A DNA stretch of 32,000 bases from Longivirga aurantiaca. GTDB lineage: Bacteria > Actinomycetota > Actinomycetes > S36-B12 > CAIYMF01. The position numbers and the translations under genes were made by a program. Below are positions 16,331 through 24,151 of the stretch, one piece after another (within the stretch, counting starts at the first letter, position 1; the number at the start of each line of letters is the position of its first letter). The stretch is from positions 2,055,604 to 2,087,603 of the forward strand of contig NZ_JBHSTI010000008.1 of the NCBI RefSeq assembly GCF_042660085.1, read 5' to 3'. The notes under the pieces were generated by a model, which saw nothing but the letters and a program-made list of their open reading frames with translations, ran no database searches and was not told the origin of the DNA.

Positions 16331-17992
16331 TCAGTAGGCGCCGCGGGACGCGAGCACTGCGCGCACCGTGCGCACAAGGATCGCGATGTCGAGCAGGAAG
16401 CTCCAGTTCTCGACGTAGTACAGGTCGAGGCGGACCGAGTCCTCCCAGCTGAGGTCGGCGCGGCCGCTGACCTGCCAGAGACCGGTCAGGCCCGGCTTGA
16501 CGAGCAGGCGTCGCTGCACGTGGTTCTCGTACTGCGCGACCTCGCGCGGCAGCGGCGGGCGCGGGCCGACGAGCGACATCTGGCCGAGCAGCACGTTGAC
16601 CAGCTGCGGAAGCTCGTCGAGCGAGGTGCGGCGGAGGAACCTGCCGACGCGGGTGACGCGCGGGTCGTTGACGACCTTGAGCATCGGGCCGTCGTCCCCG
16701 TGCACGTTGTCGGCCTTGATGTCCTCGAGCCGGTCCTCGGCGTCGACCGACATCGATCGGAACTTCAGCATCGTGAACGTGCGGCCGGCACGGCCCACCC
16801 GCTCCTGGCGGAAGAAGGCCGGGCCCTTGGAGTCGGCGCGCACCGCGATCGCGAGCATGAGGAACAGCGGCGACAGCAGCACGAGGGAGACGAAGGCGAC
16901 TCCGCGGTCGAACAGGCCCTTGAACATGCGGCGGAAACCGGTGAACTCCGGCTTCTCGACGTGCAGCAGCGGGAGGCCGGCCACCGGCCGCACCGAGATG
17001 CGCGGGCCGGAGACGTCGGTGAGGTTCGGCGTCACGAGGATGTCGACGTGGGTGCCCTCGAGCTCCCACGACAGGCGGCGGAGCTCGGCCTGCGAGAGCG
17101 TCGACCACGCGCCGAAGGCGATGGTGTCGGCGCCGCACCGGATGAGCGCATCCGCGGCGTCTCGGGACGTGCCCACGACCTGCACACCCTCGACGGTGTC
17201 GCCCTGCGCGGAGTCGACGAGCGCACCCACGACCAGGAACGGGTGGTCGTCGTGGCGACGGAGCCGGCGGATGAGCTCGGCGGTCGAGCGCTCGGTGCCG
17301 ATGACGAGCACGCGGCGCGAGGCCGTGCCCTCCTTCTCGGCGTTGCGCTCCACGCGGCGCCCGATCGCGCGGACGATGAGGCTGAGCACCGTGGCGAGCG
17401 GGATCGCGACGATGGCGTAGCCGCGCGCGAAGTCCCAGTTGAGCAGGTACGACGACAGCGCGAGCAGCGCCAGGAAGCGCACCGCGGAGTCGAGCACCCG
17501 CCGGAACTCGTCGGTGCCGTCGCCGATGAAGCGCGCCTCGTAGGCGCGACCCAGGGCGAGCACCCCCGTCCATGCGAGCGGGAAGAGCAGCGTGATGGGG
17601 AGGTACAGCGCGTTCGGCCCGTAGCCGACGTCGACGCCGAAGCGGATGACGAGGGCGATGGAGGCTGCGAAGAACGCGGCGAGGGCGTCGGCGAGGATCA
17701 GGCCCCGGATGTACCGCTGGACCCAGCGCACCCTGCGCAGCGAGATCGCCTCCAGGTCGGGTCGCCGGTCCTCCGGCGTGAGGTCGGCCTTGAAGACCCG
17801 ACGTGCGGCCTGGTCCGGAACGGCGGACAGGCGGGGCGCATCGCCCTGCCGGGGCTCCGCCACGGGGGCGAGCAGCACGGCATCCGTGTCGAGGGCAGGA
17901 GCTGCGGTCCGAAGGGCGTCGTCGGCGTCGCGCGCGACGCCCGCACCACTGGCCCGCTGCCGCTCCACCGCCACCGCTTCCTCGTCGAGCAC
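16331..17992 (-). CDS. polyprenyl-phosphate glycosylphosphotransferase (WbaP/CpsE-type priming sugar transferase)
   Basis: Several N-terminal TM segments, a central linker, and a C-terminal bacterial sugar-transferase domain (SLVGPRPPLPREV...VKPGLTGLWQVSGRADLSWEDSVRLDLYYVENWS). GTG start at 17992 after AGGGGGAA. Confidence 0.9.
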   Translation of the reverse strand: MLDEEAVAVERQRASGAGVARDADDALRTAAPALDTDAVLLAPVAEPRQGDAPRLSAVPDQAARRVFKADLTPEDRRPDLEAISLRRVRWVQRYIRGLILADALAAFFAASIALVIRFGVDVGYGPNALYLPITLLFPLAWTGVLALGRAYEARFIGDGTDEFRRVLDSAVRFLALLALSSYLLNWDFARGYAIVAIPLATVLSLIVRAIGRRVERNAEKEGTASRRVLVIGTERSTAELIRRLRRHDDHPFLVVGALVDSAQGDTVEGVQVVGTSRDAADALIRCGADTIAFGAWSTLSQAELRRLSWELEGTHVDILVTPNLTDVSGPRISVRPVAGLPLLHVEKPEFTGFRRMFKGLFDRGVAFVSLVLLSPLFLMLAIAVRADSKGPAFFRQERVGRAGRTFTMLKFRSMSVDAEDRLEDIKADNVHGDDGPMLKVVNDPRVTRVGRFLRRTSLDELPQLVNVLLGQMSLVGPRPPLPREVAQYENHVQRRLLVKPGLTGLWQVSGRADLSWEDSVRLDLYYVENWSFLLDIAILVRTVRAVLASRGAY

Positions 17993-18251
17993 CGTTCCCC
18001 CTGACTGACCTGCCGTCCACCGGGTACGCCCGGCGGGACCTGACTCCTAGTGTCCTGCACTCCTCCGACTGAATCGGTGGCTCATGAACGCACCTTGAGA
18101 ATCAGGCGGTTCTTCGGCCCCCGAACGGGTGGAGCATCCGTCACTGCATGGATACTCCAGCACCGTTTCCATCACGTTGCTTCCACCGAACGGCTGAACG
18201 TCGGACGCCACGCGGTGAGACGTCACCCGTATGGGTGAACGACGGCGACGG

Positions 18252-19760
18252 TCAGTGAGTTACAGGCGCCGGGGCGTACCGACGGTCGCCCGCGCTGCGG
18301 GCTCCGACCGCCGCCGCGAGCAGGCCCCAGACCACCCACATCGGCTGCGGCATCCCGCTGGCGGTGAAGTAGGGGAAGAAGAAGTTGATCACCGGGGCGA
18401 TGGCCGCGATACCCATCACCGAGGCTGCCAGCGCGATCTCCGCAGCCGAGTCGGCGGTGCGCAGGAACGCCTTGGCCGCGCGCCAGGACAGGTAGACGAC
18501 GGCGGCCCCGGCCACGAGCAGCGGGATCCCGCCGCGCAGCAGAAGGGTGATGTAGCCGGACTCGGTGTGGTCCCAGCTGATCCCCGGCGGGTCGGCCGGG
18601 CCGTAGCCCGTGACCCACATGCCCTGGAGCGCCGGGAGGTACTGGTCGCTCCAGACGATCCATCGGTAGAGGATCGTCTGCGGCACGAGAGAGTCGCCGG
18701 CGGTCGGCGTCGCCCTGGTCGCCTGCCCCTGCTCCGCCAGCCGCTCGCCGATGATCGGGAAGAACACGATCAGACCCACCGCTCCCCCGACCACGAGCCA
18801 GGCGAGGACGAGCCTCAGGCGCTTGATGGCCCAGCCGACGACGAGCACGCCGAGGACGAGGCCTCCGAGGATCGTGAAGGTCAGTGTGAACACCAGCGAG
18901 ACGCAGGCGATCCCCAGCGTGCCCACGAGCCACCACGTGCCGAGCACCGTCGTGTCGCGCTTGAGCAGGAGGGCGACCATGAGCAGCGACACGACCACGA
19001 GGTAGCCGCCGAGCGGGTGCCACATCGGGAACACGCTCGTCGCGCGCATGACGGGGTCGTAGCCGGGCGTGATGAAGATGCCCGTGCCGGACAGGCTCAC
19101 GGCGAGGTTCTGGAAGAACGCCGGGCCCACCATCTGCGCGATCGCGAGGAGGCTCACCGGGATGCTGGCGAGGATGAGCGCCCGCATCGCCAGCACGCGC
19201 AGGGCCGTGGTCGGGAAGGCGGCGGCCACGGTGCGGTAGAGCAGCAGGAACTGGATCGGACCGAGCATCGTGTTGATGTCGTCGCCGGTGATCATGGTCT
19301 GCTGCAGCGCCGAGTTGAGGATGCCGAAGGCCGCGGTGCCGAGGCAGTAGACGAGGGCCGCCCAGTCCCAGGCGCGCCACCGTGGTCCGGGCAGGGCCTT
19401 GGCCGCGAAGCCGAGCACCACGAGGGCACCGAAGACGACCAGCACCTCGGAGACCTTGAGACCCGGGATGCCGAGGCCGCGGCGCAGCCCCGACGTGATG
19501 GGCACCAGGGCGACGACCACGAGCGCGAGCAGCACGGGGCGCTGCGCCAGCGCGAGGCCGAGCGCGACCGCCACGATCACGGCCACCCCGAGCACCGGCG
19601 ACTGCACGGCCAGTGCTCCGGCGACCGCGGTGGCGCCGAGAGCGCCCAGGATGATCGCCCACGCGGGCAGGGGGACGACGTCCAGAACCCGCAGCTCGCG
19701 GGCCGCTGCCCGGGCCACAGGGGCCCGGGGCGCGGACGGCAGCTGCGGGGCGAGGGTCAC
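18252..19760 (-). CDS. O-antigen ligase/polymerase family (Wzy-like) integral membrane protein
   Basis: ORF 18252..20864 trimmed to the GTG at 19760, which overlaps the upstream stop (GTGA). It has about 10-12 TM segments and a large late loop (GERLAEQGQATRATPTAGDSLVPQT...), the usual Wzy/O-antigen-ligase layout. Confidence 0.75.
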   Translation of the reverse strand: MTLAPQLPSAPRAPVARAAARELRVLDVVPLPAWAIILGALGATAVAGALAVQSPVLGVAVIVAVALGLALAQRPVLLALVVVALVPITSGLRRGLGIPGLKVSEVLVVFGALVVLGFAAKALPGPRWRAWDWAALVYCLGTAAFGILNSALQQTMITGDDINTMLGPIQFLLLYRTVAAAFPTTALRVLAMRALILASIPVSLLAIAQMVGPAFFQNLAVSLSGTGIFITPGYDPVMRATSVFPMWHPLGGYLVVVSLLMVALLLKRDTTVLGTWWLVGTLGIACVSLVFTLTFTILGGLVLGVLVVGWAIKRLRLVLAWLVVGGAVGLIVFFPIIGERLAEQGQATRATPTAGDSLVPQTILYRWIVWSDQYLPALQGMWVTGYGPADPPGISWDHTESGYITLLLRGGIPLLVAGAAVVYLSWRAAKAFLRTADSAAEIALAASVMGIAAIAPVINFFFPYFTASGMPQPMWVVWGLLAAAVGARSAGDRRYAPAPVTH

Positions 19761-20905
19761 GCGCGCGGCTCGAGCCGGTCGGAGAGGTTGACGGTGCTCG
19801 CGCCGGCGGCGGAGGCGAGGTGCTTCGGGGCGAGCAGGCCCCAGACCACGGCCACGCCGTACTCCCCGAGCCGGACGAGGTTGTCGCGGACGACGGCGAC
19901 ACGGGTGCCCTCGCGGACGACCATGACCACCAGGTCGCTCATCTGGGCGCGCAGCTCGGCGCCCTCGCCGCTTCCCGGTGCTCCGACCGCGACGACTCCG
20001 ATGTCGCCGGAGTCCTCCGCGGCGCGGCCGCGGACGAGGTCCTGGCCCGTCGAGGTCGAGGACGACGTCGCGGCGACGGCCGGCACGGGGGTGTCGCCCG
20101 GGGAGTCGGGGCCGAGGCTCGCCAGCAGCGCCTTGACGTCGTCGCGCGACATCGGCGCGGTGGCCACGACCGCGACCTCCGGTGCGGGGACGCCGGAGAG
20201 CGCCCGCCACCGGTAGGCGAGGGCGCGGGCCTCGGCCGGCGTGACCGTGGCCCAGGCAGTGGCCGGGGTGCCGAGGAGGTCGGCGAGGTCGTCCACCGAG
20301 TCGATCCGGCGGTCCGAGCGCTCGAGCGCGAAGGCCGCCAGCAGGCCCACGAGGAGGCCGAGAAGCCCGCCGATGAGCAGGGAGGACGAGCTGGACTCGC
20401 CCATCCGCGCGGCCTCGGAGGGGACGGTCACGAGCTTCAGGCTGCCGCGGGCGATCTGCCCCGGCGGGATCGCGCGCGTCACCGTGGCCGCGACGGCGGT
20501 GGCCGAGTCGACCGCCACGATCGCCTGCCGGGACACCACGTCGATCCGGATGAGCGCGGTGCCGGGGTCGCTGGCGACGGTGAGGCTGTCGCGCAGGTCC
20601 TCGGTGCTGACGTCCGCCACGGTCGCGGCGGCCGACATGACGGCGTCGTCGAGCGGGATCAGCGTGGCGTAGTTGGTCGCGAGCTTCGCCGCGGCATCCG
20701 GCGACCCGGGGGGCGTCTGTCCTGCACCGACGGCGGGCACGATGACCACGGCCTCCGCGAGGTACTGCGGCGGCGTGCGCGAGGACACGAGGAAGGACAC
20801 GAGGATCCCGAGCAGGAAGCAGGTGAGCACGATGTACCACCGCCGCTGGACGGGCTTCTTCCATCGGCGGAGCGACCGGCGGATGCTGCCGGCGGGCTTG
20901 GTCAT
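19757..20905 (-). CDS. Wzz-like polysaccharide co-polymerase (chain-length determinant) with a degenerate BY-kinase-like C-terminal domain
   Basis: ORF 19757..21574 trimmed to the ATG at 20905 (ATGA overlap). It has TM1 (WYIVLTCFLLGILVSFLV), an extracytoplasmic domain starting PPQYLAEAVV, and TM2 (LLIGGLLGLLVGLLAAFAL). The cytoplasmic domain aligns to BY-kinases but lacks the Walker A lysine. Confidence 0.7.
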   Translation of the reverse strand: MTKPAGSIRRSLRRWKKPVQRRWYIVLTCFLLGILVSFLVSSRTPPQYLAEAVVIVPAVGAGQTPPGSPDAAAKLATNYATLIPLDDAVMSAAATVADVSTEDLRDSLTVASDPGTALIRIDVVSRQAIVAVDSATAVAATVTRAIPPGQIARGSLKLVTVPSEAARMGESSSSSLLIGGLLGLLVGLLAAFALERSDRRIDSVDDLADLLGTPATAWATVTPAEARALAYRWRALSGVPAPEVAVVATAPMSRDDVKALLASLGPDSPGDTPVPAVAATSSSTSTGQDLVRGRAAEDSGDIGVVAVGAPGSGEGAELRAQMSDLVVMVVREGTRVAVVRDNLVRLGEYGVAVVWGLLAPKHLASAAGASTVNLSDRLEPRA

Positions 20906-21963
20906 GGGAGTCGTGCCTCCGTTGCTGGCTCGGCGTCGGACGCCGGGTCGTCGTGCAGGTCGGTGGAGCCGCTGGGGTCCGGGAGGGCCAGCATCTCCAG
21001 CAGCTCCTGCCGCTGAGTGTCCCAGCGTCGCTGCTGGCGTGCGCGCACGGTGTCGAGGTCGCGCACGAGGCGGTCGTGGTCGCGCACCGCGAGGGCGAGC
21101 CCCGCGGCGATGCTGTCGCGGTCGTCCCCGCAGGTGACGGCCTCGGGGAAGAGCTCGCGCATGGTGCGAGTGTCGCTCATGACCAGCACCCGACGCGCGT
21201 AGCCCGCCTCGTACGCGGCACGCATCACCGAGGTCGGCTCGGTCGTGAGCGCGAGCAGGATGTCGCAGCCGTCCACCTCGGCGGCGTACGCAGCCTGGTC
21301 GAGCCAGCCGGTCAGCCGGACGTTGGCGGGCAGGTCGTCGAGGATCCCGGCAGGGGCTCGACGCGGGTCGCCGGTGACGAGCACGTCGAGCTCGGGCAGC
21401 GAGCGGGCCGCGGCGACGACCTCGGCCACCGGCTCGTCGGAGGCGAAGACGCAGGAGAACAGCACCTGCGGCCGACGGCCGTCGAGCGGCCGGGCGGGCG
21501 AGGTGGTCCAGTGCGGCGGCGCTTCGTGCAGCACCAGCGGGCGACCGCCCCACGACCGCACGACCTGCGCCCACGACTCGGTGGTGACGAGCACGCCGTC
21601 GGCCTTGCGCGCGAGCCTCGCCGTGATGCGCAGCATCTTCTGCGCCTGCGCGTTGTCCTTGGCACCGAACGACGCCGGGTGGCTGTCGAGAACGAACCGC
21701 GCCCGGGCGAGGCGGGCGTACGCGAGCGCGATGACTCCGGGGTAGACGGGCGGGTTCTGCACGACGACCGCGCGGGGACGCGACCGGGCGAGCCGTCCGA
21801 CGGTGACCAGCGAGCTGACGGCGTAGCGCAGCGGCGTGGCCTTCCGGGCGGTGAGCCGCTTCGGGTAGATCGTGACGGCCTCGCCGTCGAGATCGGCGGC
21901 CAGGTCGCGGGCGCGGCCGGCGGTCGGAGCCCAGGCGAGGAACTGCACGCGCGCGCGGCTCAT
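20902..21963 (-). CDS. glycosyltransferase (GT-B fold, GT4-like)
   Basis: ORF 20902..22173 trimmed to the ATG at 21963, with ATGA overlaps at both ends. The two-domain layout and its position between other glycan genes fit a glycosyltransferase. The motifs are divergent, so the family is tentative. Confidence 0.6.
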   Translation of the reverse strand: MSRARVQFLAWAPTAGRARDLAADLDGEAVTIYPKRLTARKATPLRYAVSSLVTVGRLARSRPRAVVVQNPPVYPGVIALAYARLARARFVLDSHPASFGAKDNAQAQKMLRITARLARKADGVLVTTESWAQVVRSWGGRPLVLHEAPPHWTTSPARPLDGRRPQVLFSCVFASDEPVAEVVAAARSLPELDVLVTGDPRRAPAGILDDLPANVRLTGWLDQAAYAAEVDGCDILLALTTEPTSVMRAAYEAGYARRVLVMSDTRTMRELFPEAVTCGDDRDSIAAGLALAVRDHDRLVRDLDTVRARQQRRWDTQRQELLEMLALPDPSGSTDLHDDPASDAEPATEARLP

Positions 21964-22916
21964 GACCCGCCGTCCCGCAGGAGCTGGAAGACGGGCGGGT
22001 CCGGCACGACCTCGACCGTGCGCGCCATGGCGCGGCGGAGGACCTCGGCGTCGAGCGCGTCCACCTCGCACGCGATCGCCACGCCGCGACGGTCGAGCTC
22101 GGCCGCGATCTGGACCTGGTGGTCGTCGACGTGCTCGCCGTGCACGAGCCGGCGCGGCAGCAGCACCGCGCACTTGCCCTCAGCCATCGCGAGCAGGCCG
22201 GAGCCGGTGCCCGAGTGCCCGACCACGAGGTCGGCCTCGCGCGCCGCGGCCGACAGGTCGGCGGACGGGATGCTGTGCTTGCCGTCGACGGGCAGGCCGG
22301 AGAGGTCGGTCTCGCCGGTCTGCCACAGGACCTCGGCGTCCGCCGGGAGCACCTCGAGCAGCTTCTCGACGGCGCGGCGGAATCCGTACGGCGCGATGGT
22401 GCCGAGCGTCACGACGACCTTCCTCGGGACGGCTGGTGCGTCGGGCAGGTCGGGGCCCGGACGGAAGCCGTCGAGGATCGACCCCGAGTAGTGCCAGCGG
22501 CCGCCGGCCCAGGCCGGGTACTGGCTGTAGGTGTTGACGCCGGGGATGCGCGACACCAGCTTCCCCGACAGCGACGGGCCGTCGGCGCGCGCGGCGCTCT
22601 CGACGTAGTGGCAGGTGATGCCGCGCGCCCGGGCCGGGACCATGAACGACACTGCGACGCTCGCGCCGGTCGAGACGACGCGGTCGTACTTCCCCGTGCG
22701 CAGCAGGTCGTTGGCGGTGCGGCCGATCCTGACCGCGACGGCGAGGTCGCGCGGTGCGGCGTACGGGACGTAGACGACGTCCTCGCCCGCGAGCAGCGAG
22801 CGCGACTGCGGGGTGTCGAAGGTGACGAAGGTGACGTCGCCGATCGGCAGACGCGGACGCAGGGTCCACATCTGCTGGAGGTGGCCGCCTCCCGAGCAGA
22901 CGAGCAGGGTGGTCAC
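21960..22916 (-). CDS. single-chain Alg14-like + Alg13-like (GT28 C-terminal type, MurG-related) glycosyltransferase
   Basis: ORF 21960..23696 trimmed to the GTG at 22916 (GTGA overlap). The N-terminal half reads LLVCSGGGHLQQM (Alg14/MurG-N-like). The C-terminal half reads VVVTLGT...VVGHSGTGSGLLAMAEGKCAVLLPR...HGEHVDDHQVQIAAEL (Glyco_tran_28_C-like). Confidence 0.6.
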   Translation of the reverse strand: MTTLLVCSGGGHLQQMWTLRPRLPIGDVTFVTFDTPQSRSLLAGEDVVYVPYAAPRDLAVAVRIGRTANDLLRTGKYDRVVSTGASVAVSFMVPARARGITCHYVESAARADGPSLSGKLVSRIPGVNTYSQYPAWAGGRWHYSGSILDGFRPGPDLPDAPAVPRKVVVTLGTIAPYGFRRAVEKLLEVLPADAEVLWQTGETDLSGLPVDGKHSIPSADLSAAAREADLVVGHSGTGSGLLAMAEGKCAVLLPRRLVHGEHVDDHQVQIAAELDRRGVAIACEVDALDAEVLRRAMARTVEVVPDPPVFQLLRDGGS

Positions 22917-23941
22917 GACGTGCCTTCCTGGTAGCCGGGCGAGACGTACGAGGCGCCCGGCGTCCCCGCGGGGAGCGCGGCCCCGGCCGCCGTCGTGCGC
23001 AGCTCGACGGCGTCGGCCCAGACCGACGGCGGGCGGAGCATCCCCTCGAGGTCGCTGCGCTGGTCGACGAGCACGATGTCCCGTGCGCTGAGCCACGGGA
23101 CGACGTCGTCGGTCCAGAGCAGGTACGCCGCACCGCCGTTCGCGCCGTCGGGCTCGCCGGTGATCACGATGCGCCGCAGGTCGAACTCCTCCGGCGGGGT
23201 GTCGACGAACTGCTGCGGCAGCAGGAAGAGGCCCTGGTACTCGGTGGATCCCGTGAGGCCGTCGACGCGCAGGCGCGCCGGACCGGCCCAGGTCTGCAGG
23301 ACGTCGGCGTGGTGGCCGTCGCGCGACCCGTGGACGGTCTCGACGTGGATGTTCTGCAGGACCACGGTGGCGCCCTCGGACTGGTCGAGGTTGATCCCCT
23401 CGGCGAGGTCCTGGCCGCTGATGCGCAGGCCCTCGACGTGGATCGTGCCCGTCTGGTTCTTCAGCAGCAGGCCGGTGCGCTTGCGCGAGTCCGACGCCTC
23501 GGACTTCGGCGGCACCACGATCTCGCCGCCGAGCAGGACGACGTTGCGGCCGCCCTCGATGCGCAGGCCGCCGCTGAGCAGGAGCGGCGTCGCCGGCAGC
23601 TTGACGATGTAGTCGCGGTCGGACCGGAGCTCGATCTTGGGGGTGGTGGCGGTGACCGTGACGAGGGTGGGGCTCGTGAGCTTCGGGGGTGCCCACGAGA
23701 GCCGGTCGGCCGTCTCGGCCGCCACCGACGGAGCGGGGAGGGTGGGCTCGGGCCCGGCCGCCGACTCCCCCCGCTGGGTCAGGGCGAGCGCCACCACCAG
23801 GGCGGCGAGGGCCAGCACGCAGATGCCCACGAGGAGGAGCAGACGGTTCGAGCGCGGGGGTGCGGAGTCGTCGGACGGCCGGGGACGCTCGTGCACGGAC
23901 GTCGTGCGCACCGTCACCCCCTGGTCGTCGAGCATGAGCAT
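22913..23941 (-). CDS. N-terminally membrane-anchored extracytoplasmic protein with an unassigned, probably carbohydrate-active, domain (paralog of the C-terminus of 24152..25759)
   Basis: A single TM segment (LLLLVGICVLALAALVVALAL), then about 260 aa that align with the neighbouring gene product along their whole length. Shared blocks are listed in the findings. Confidence 0.7.
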   Translation of the reverse strand: MLMLDDQGVTVRTTSVHERPRPSDDSAPPRSNRLLLLVGICVLALAALVVALALTQRGESAAGPEPTLPAPSVAAETADRLSWAPPKLTSPTLVTVTATTPKIELRSDRDYIVKLPATPLLLSGGLRIEGGRNVVLLGGEIVVPPKSEASDSRKRTGLLLKNQTGTIHVEGLRISGQDLAEGINLDQSEGATVVLQNIHVETVHGSRDGHHADVLQTWAGPARLRVDGLTGSTEYQGLFLLPQQFVDTPPEEFDLRRIVITGEPDGANGGAAYLLWTDDVVPWLSARDIVLVDQRSDLEGMLRPPSVWADAVELRTTAAGAALPAGTPGASYVSPGYQEGTS

Positions 23942-24100
23942 GGTCGGGAGAAGCCTAGGCGAGCGGTGACGGATAGTCGCGATCGCGCGGCCGGATCTAC
24001 CTGTTCGGCCTACCCCGGACGCACGCGCGTCGAGCGGGGTGAGCGCGCCCGGTCACGCAGAGCGACGAACGGTGGTGTCCCGAGGTTCCCGGAACGACAC

Positions 24101-24127
24101 GGCCCCTCCTGCGGAGCAGGAGGGGCC
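24101..24127 (-). terminator. intrinsic-terminator-type hairpin after the malectin-domain gene
   Basis: GGCCCCTCCTGC-gga-GCAGGAGGGGCC is a perfect 12-bp stem with a 3-nt loop, 25 nt downstream of the stop at 24152 on the minus strand. Confidence 0.7.
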
Positions 24128-24151
24128 GGTGCGAGGAGCACGGTGCGAGGG

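Noticed and set aside
18050-18238. 62-aa plus-strand ORF in the lower-GC gap upstream of the priming transferase
   Set aside because: There is no RBS and the composition is basic and unstructured. The region is better explained as a promoter or leader carrying the shared motifs.
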